Shown piece by piece: positions 57,277 to 64,000 of a DNA stretch of 64,000 nucleotides. Below the pieces are notes generated by a model. That model searched no databases. It had not been told where the DNA came from and worked only from the letters and a program-made list of their open reading frames with translations. The translations under genes were made by a program, and so were the position numbers. Source of the stretch: an uncultured delta proteobacterium (GTDB lineage: Bacteria > Myxococcota_A > UBA9160 > SMWR01); contig CAWHTE010000003.1 in the NCBI GenBank assembly GCA_963832165.1, forward strand, positions 288,001 through 352,000, read 5' to 3'. The stretch's first letter is position 1, and each line of letters opens with the position of its first letter.

Positions 57277-60200
57277 GTGCGGCTCAAGTCACTGGAACTC
57301 CACGGCTTCAAGTCGTTCATCGACCGGACCGTGGTCTCGTTCGGGCCGGGCATCACCGGGGTCGTGGGCCCCAACGGCTGCGGCAAGTCCAACGTCGTGG
57401 ACGCGATGCGCTGGGTGATGGGTGAGCAGGCGCCGCGCCGGCTGCGCGGAAGAGGCATGGAGGACGTGATCTTCGCGGGCTCCGAGGGGCTCGCCCCCGT
57501 GGGGATGGCCGAGGTCACGCTCTCGTTCGACAACCACGACGGGACGGCGCCGCCCGCGTTCGCCGCCTACTCGGAGATCCAGATCTCGCGCCGGCTCTAC
57601 CGCACGGGCGAGTCCGAGTACCGCTTGAACCGCACCCTGTGCCGCCTGCGCGACGTGCAGGACTTCTTCCGCGACACCGGCATCGGCACCAAGGGCTACA
57701 CGATCGTGGAGCAGGGGAAGATCGCCGAGATCGTGTCGGCGAAGGCCGAAGAGCGCCGCTCGCTGATCGAGGAAGCGGCCGGGATCGGCAAGTACAAGGC
57801 GCGCCGGCGCGAGGCCGAGTCCAAGATCGAGGCGACGGAGCAGAACCTGCTCCGCGTGAACGACATCCTCACCGAGATCCGGCGCCAGATCAGCTCGATC
57901 GAGCGCCAGGCCAAGAAGGCCGCCCGCTACAAGCGGCTGCGTGAAACGCTGCGCGTGCTCGAGCTCTCGCTCGCGGCCGACGATCGCCGCGAGCTCGCGC
58001 TCGCGGTAGGCGCAGCGCGACAGGACCTCCAGCGCCAGCGCGACACGGCTACCGCGCGCGAGACCCAGCTCGCCGAGCGCGAGCTCTCCGTGCAGGCGAA
58101 GCGCCTCGAGCTCGGCGAATGCGAGCGGATCCTCACCCAGGGCAGCGAGGCGCTGCTCGCACTGCGCGGCGACATCAAGGAGTGCGAGGGCCAGATCGAG
58201 TACGGCCGACGCGAGCGCGAGTCGCTCGCGGCGCTGGTCGCGGCGCGCGGTGGCGAGCTCGGCGAGCTGCGCGAGCAGCGCGCCGCTCACGGCCGCGATC
58301 TCGCCCAGGTCGACGAGGAGCTGGCCTCGGTCGACCGCGCGGTGGCGTCGGGCGCCGAGTCGCTCGCGCGCGCCGAGGCCGAGGTGCGCGAGGCCCGTTC
58401 GAGCCTCGCGGGCTGCGAGCGCGACCGCGAGACGGCCAACACGGCGCTCGTGAACGTGCTCACGTCGATCGCGCGCGCGGAGGATCGCCTCGCGGCGGTC
58501 GAGGATCGGCGCGCCGAGCTCGAGGCGCGCCTGCGCAGCGCCGACGAGGTGCTCGAGATCGGGCAGGGCGAGGCACATCGAGCGGACCGCGCGCAGCACG
58601 ACCTCGAGGAGGGCCTGCGCAACCTGCTGGCCGAGCGCGATCGCATGATGCACGCGCTGCGCGTCGCGCTCGAGAGCCACGATGCCGCCGTGGCGGCCGA
58701 GAGCTCCGCCGACATCGCAATGCGCGACGCGCGCGAGGAGGTCGAGCGCAAGCGCGCCCGGCTCGTGTCGCTGCGCGAGGTGCTCCAGCGCGGCGAGGAC
58801 GTCGCCGCGGGTACGCGCCACCTGCTCGAGCGCGACGAGGTCACGCGCCATCGCCTCGGGCTGCGGGGCCTCGTGCGCGATCTGATCGAAGCCGATCGCG
58901 AGGTCGAGCGCGCCGTCGAGGTTGCGCTCGCCGATCGCGCGGAGGCGCTCGTGGTGGATGCGCCGGCGGGCGCGGTGTCCGCGCTCGAGCTGTTGCACGC
59001 GGGCCGCGCGGGCCGCGCCGTGTTCGTGACCGCGGCGTCGCGCACGCCGGACGCGTCGGGCTTCGTTCCGCTCGGCGTGCCGCTGCTCGATCGGGTACGC
59101 CTGCGCGCGGGTCACGAGGATCTGCTGCGCGGGATGCTCGCGGGTGTCTACCTCGTCGACGATCTCGCCGAAGTGCTGCGCGTCTACGGCGGCGGCCGGA
59201 TTCCCGCGACTTTCGTCACGGCGAACGGCGATCTACTCGCACCGGACGGCGTGATCCGCGGCGGCTCGGGCAGCGCGGGCGGCCATCTCGAGCGCGCCCG
59301 CGAGACCCGCGAGCTCGATCTCGAAGTGGCGCAGCTCGAATCGCGCGTGGCCGAGCGCGGCAACGCACATCGCGCCGCGCGCGCCGCGCTCGCGGCCGCG
59401 AGTGACGAGCTCGAGAATCTGCGCAACCGCCACCACACGGCCGCGCTCGCGGTCGCCAATCACGAGAAGGATCTCGAGCGCACGCGCGAGCGCGTCAAGG
59501 CGCTCGGCGAGGTGCACGAGGGTCGCCGCAGCGAGCGGTCGGATCTGGTCGCCGAGCTCGACTCGTTGGCCCAGGAGTCGGTGCGGCTCCAGAGCTCGCT
59601 CGACGGCGCGCGCGCGGACCGCACCGAGCAGCAGCGCTCGCTCGACGCGCTCGCGCTCCGGATCGGATCGTCCGGTCGCGAGGTGTCTCGGCTCGAGAGC
59701 GTTGCGACGGAGCGGCGCGTGGAGCACGGCGGGCGCGCCGCGCAGCGCGATCGCCTGGGCGCCGTGCGCGAGCGCGCAGCTGGCTCGCTCGCCGAGTCCG
59801 AGAGCTGGATCGCGCGCCGCGAGACCGAGATCCGCGAGGCCGAGGCGCGCCGCGTCGAGCTCGCGAGCAGCATCGAGGCCGCGCGCGCGCGGCTCGAGCA
59901 GCAGCTGCGCGAGGAAGAGGCGGCGCGCATGGGCCACGACGCGAAGCGCGAGGCCTTCGAGCGCGTGTCGGGAGAGGTCTCGTCGCTCGAGGAGGCAGCG
60001 CGCGAGCTGCGCACCTCGATCGGCCGCGAGCGCGATGCGCTCTCGCAAGCCGAGCTGGCACTGCGCGAGCGCGAGCTCCGGATCGCGCATCTCGACGAGT
60101 CGATCCGCGAGAAGTGGAGCGTCGAGATCGCGAGCTGGGAGCCTCCCTCCGTCGACGCTGCCGAAGCGGCTCAGCCGCCGGCGCCGGTGGTGTCCCAGTC

Positions 60201-60942
60201 CGCGGCCCTGGGCGACGCGGTCGCGGGTGAAGAGGAGGAGGAGACGCCCGATGCCGCGCGCGACGCGCGCGCGAACGCGCTGCTCGCGCGCGCGCCGGTC
60301 GCCGAGCGCCGCCTGCAGCTCGACGAGGTGCGCAAGAAGCTCCAGGCGCTCGGAGACGTCAATCTCGGCGCGATCGAGGAGCACGAGGAGCTGAAGGAGC
60401 GCTTCCGGTTCCTCGCCGACCAGAAGGGCGATCTCGAGACCACGCTGACGTCACTGCGCGATGCGATCGCGCGGATCAACCGCACGAGCCGCCGCCGCTT
60501 CCGCGAGACGTTCGAGGCCGTGAGCAAGCGCTTCTCCGAGAACTTCCCGCGCCTGTTCCGCGGCGGGCGCGCGAGCCTCGCGCTCACCGAGAACGAGGAC
60601 GTACTCGAGGCCGGCATCGAGATCATGGCGTCTCCGCCCGGCAAGCGCCTGCAGAACGTGAATCTGCTCTCGGGCGGCGAGAAGACGCTGACCGCGATCG
60701 CGCTGCTCGTCGCGGTGTTCCAGGTGCGGCCGTCTCCGTTCTTCCTGCTCGACGAGGTGGACGCCGCGCTCGACGACGCCAACGTGGGGCGCTTCAACGA
60801 GATGGTCTCCGAGCTCGCCCACGACTCGCAGTTCGTCCTGATCACGCACAACAAGCGCACGATCGAAGTCGCCGACGTCCTGTACGGCGTGACGATGGAG
60901 CGCCGGGGCGTGTCGAAGATCGTCGCGGTCGAGATGCACTGA
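57277..60942 (+). CDS. smc: Chromosome segregation protein SMC
   Basis: GFKSF, GPNGCGKSN, coiled coils with central hinge, LSGGEK, LDEVDAALD, ITH. Confidence 0.97.
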   Translation: MRLKSLELHGFKSFIDRTVVSFGPGITGVVGPNGCGKSNVVDAMRWVMGEQAPRRLRGRGMEDVIFAGSEGLAPVGMAEVTLSFDNHDGTAPPAFAAYSEIQISRRLYRTGESEYRLNRTLCRLRDVQDFFRDTGIGTKGYTIVEQGKIAEIVSAKAEERRSLIEEAAGIGKYKARRREAESKIEATEQNLLRVNDILTEIRRQISSIERQAKKAARYKRLRETLRVLELSLAADDRRELALAVGAARQDLQRQRDTATARETQLAERELSVQAKRLELGECERILTQGSEALLALRGDIKECEGQIEYGRRERESLAALVAARGGELGELREQRAAHGRDLAQVDEELASVDRAVASGAESLARAEAEVREARSSLAGCERDRETANTALVNVLTSIARAEDRLAAVEDRRAELEARLRSADEVLEIGQGEAHRADRAQHDLEEGLRNLLAERDRMMHALRVALESHDAAVAAESSADIAMRDAREEVERKRARLVSLREVLQRGEDVAAGTRHLLERDEVTRHRLGLRGLVRDLIEADREVERAVEVALADRAEALVVDAPAGAVSALELLHAGRAGRAVFVTAASRTPDASGFVPLGVPLLDRVRLRAGHEDLLRGMLAGVYLVDDLAEVLRVYGGGRIPATFVTANGDLLAPDGVIRGGSGSAGGHLERARETRELDLEVAQLESRVAERGNAHRAARAALAAASDELENLRNRHHTAALAVANHEKDLERTRERVKALGEVHEGRRSERSDLVAELDSLAQESVRLQSSLDGARADRTEQQRSLDALALRIGSSGREVSRLESVATERRVEHGGRAAQRDRLGAVRERAAGSLAESESWIARRETEIREAEARRVELASSIEAARARLEQQLREEEAARMGHDAKREAFERVSGEVSSLEEAARELRTSIGRERDALSQAELALRERELRIAHLDESIREKWSVEIASWEPPSVDAAEAAQPPAPVVSQSAALGDAVAGEEEEETPDAARDARANALLARAPVAERRLQLDEVRKKLQALGDVNLGAIEEHEELKERFRFLADQKGDLETTLTSLRDAIARINRTSRRRFRETFEAVSKRFSENFPRLFRGGRASLALTENEDVLEAGIEIMASPPGKRLQNVNLLSGGEKTLTAIALLVAVFQVRPSPFFLLDEVDAALDDANVGRFNEMVSELAHDSQFVLITHNKRTIEVADVLYGVTMERRGVSKIVAVEMH

Positions 60943-61001
60943 TCGCGCGCGCGTGAGCGCGCGCCCGTCGGCCCGCGACGGAGTGGTATGTTCCGCGCCC
61001 G

Positions 61002-62129
61002 ATGGACACAGGGCTCTGGAACGAGATCGCCGCGTGGCTCGCTTCGAATCCGATCGAGGCGGCCTCGGCCGTGCTCGCTGCGCTCGCGTGCGGAGTCGCT
61101 GCGGTGCTGGTGCGGCGACGCCGCGATCGGGGTGCCGAGCAGACGCCTGCTAGCGCGGCGGCGCCTGCCGCCGAGGCTGCGGCCGAGCCCGCGCGCGAGC
61201 CGGCCGCCGCTCCCGTCGCTCCCGCCGCCGCGCCCGCGAAGCTGCGCGACCGCCTGCGCCGCACGAGCGATGCGCTCGTCGGCGGGCTCGGGAAGCTTCT
61301 CGGCGCGGGCAGCGTCGACGACGCGTTGCTCGATCAGCTCGAAGAGCTGCTCCTGCACGCCGATCTCGGCGTGAAGACCGCCACCGAACTGCTCGAGCGC
61401 GTGCGGCGGGAGGGGCGAGGTCGCGATGCGTCGGCCGTGCGCGAGATCCTGCGCGATGCGATCGCCGAGAAGCTGCGCCGCGTCGAGTCGGGCACCGGGC
61501 TCGCGTTGGCGGCGAAGCCACATGTCGTGCTCGTGCTCGGAGTGAACGGATCCGGCAAGACCACCACGATCGGCAAGCTCGCCGCGCGACACGCAGCCGC
61601 GGGACACACGGTGTTGTTGGGCGCTGCCGACACCTTTCGCGCTGCGGCGATCGAGCAGCTCCAGGCCTGGGGCGAGCGGGCCGGATGCGAGGTGATCGCG
61701 GGCCGGCAGGGCGGGGATCCGTCCGCGGTGGCGTTCGACACCGTGAAGGCCGCGCTCGCTCGCGGCGCCGACGTGGCGATCATCGACACGGCGGGTCGCC
61801 TGCAGACGAAGAAGCCGCTCATGGAGGAGCTCGCGAAGCTCGCGCGCGTGATCGGGCGCGACGTTGCCGGGGCTCCGCACGAGACGCTGCTCGTGCTCGA
61901 CGCGAACACGGGTCAGAACGCGCTCTCCCAGGCGAAGCTGTTCACCGAGGTCGCACCGGTCACGGGGCTCGTGCTCACGAAGCTCGACGGCACCGCGCGC
62001 GGTGGCGTGATCGTGGGACTCGCCGACGAATTCGGGATCCCGGTGCGCTTCGTCGGGGTCGGGGAGGGGGTCGAGGACCTGCGCGACTTCGCGGCCGACG
62101 AGTTCGTGGACGCGCTCTTCGCGAGCTGA
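61002..62129 (+). CDS. ftsY: SRP receptor FtsY
   Basis: [33 protein letters not shown]. Confidence 0.97.
   Translation: MDTGLWNEIAAWLASNPIEAASAVLAALACGVAAVLVRRRRDRGAEQTPASAAAPAAEAAAEPAREPAAAPVAPAAAPAKLRDRLRRTSDALVGGLGKLLGAGSVDDALLDQLEELLLHADLGVKTATELLERVRREGRGRDASAVREILRDAIAEKLRRVESGTGLALAAKPHVVLVLGVNGSGKTTTIGKLAARHAAAGHTVLLGAADTFRAAAIEQLQAWGERAGCEVIAGRQGGDPSAVAFDTVKAALARGADVAIIDTAGRLQTKKPLMEELAKLARVIGRDVAGAPHETLLVLDANTGQNALSQAKLFTEVAPVTGLVLTKLDGTARGGVIVGLADEFGIPVRFVGVGEGVEDLRDFAADEFVDALFAS

Positions 62130-64000
<1,871 letters not shown>

Overview
High-GC (roughly 70% by eye), densely coding bacterial chromosome segment. Gene content and order point to a deltaproteobacterial-type organism (Myxococcota/Desulfobacterota-like); this is an inference. 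In order the window holds: (1) ribD (partial)-ribH-nusB and a stand-alone M17 N-terminal-domain gene. (2) A ~14 kb non-canonical chemosensory cluster: DUF4388/pseudo-REC/GAF protein, cheY, cheA, two cheW, a 6-TM MCP with a very long (about 64-heptad) signalling domain, a Zn-ribbon pseudo-receiver, a HEAT-repeat protein, cheR, cheB, a coiled-coil/GAF protein and a second cheY. (3) lptE-holA converging on rpsT. (4) A TPR/Zn-finger membrane protein plus a DUF4388-TM-pseudopilin-like protein, then phoH-ybeY-lnt-prfB-lysS. (5) An envelope/lipid A super-cluster: lolC/E-lolD-bamA-skp-lpxA-lpxI-gnnA-like-lpxB-waaA-lpxK, Kdo kinase, lptF, rfaE1. (6) yicC-remA-gmk-rel, GT4, msbA-like, an FAD-fold protein, purM, GT2, a heterodimeric ABC exporter, smc, ftsY, glpK and a partial GDPD. 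I found no rRNA, tRNA, CRISPR array or transposase. Most notable: three sigma28/FliA-like promoter motifs link the che cluster with both DUF4388 loci; a palindromic repeat family has one copy apparently translated inside the gmk N-terminus; a GTAG-type REP overlaps the rpsT stop; phoH probably starts at CTG; prfB has its programmed +1 frameshift; and eight further +1 frameshifts in conserved genes are most likely sequencing insertions. All product calls come from motif recognition by eye; no database searches were run.
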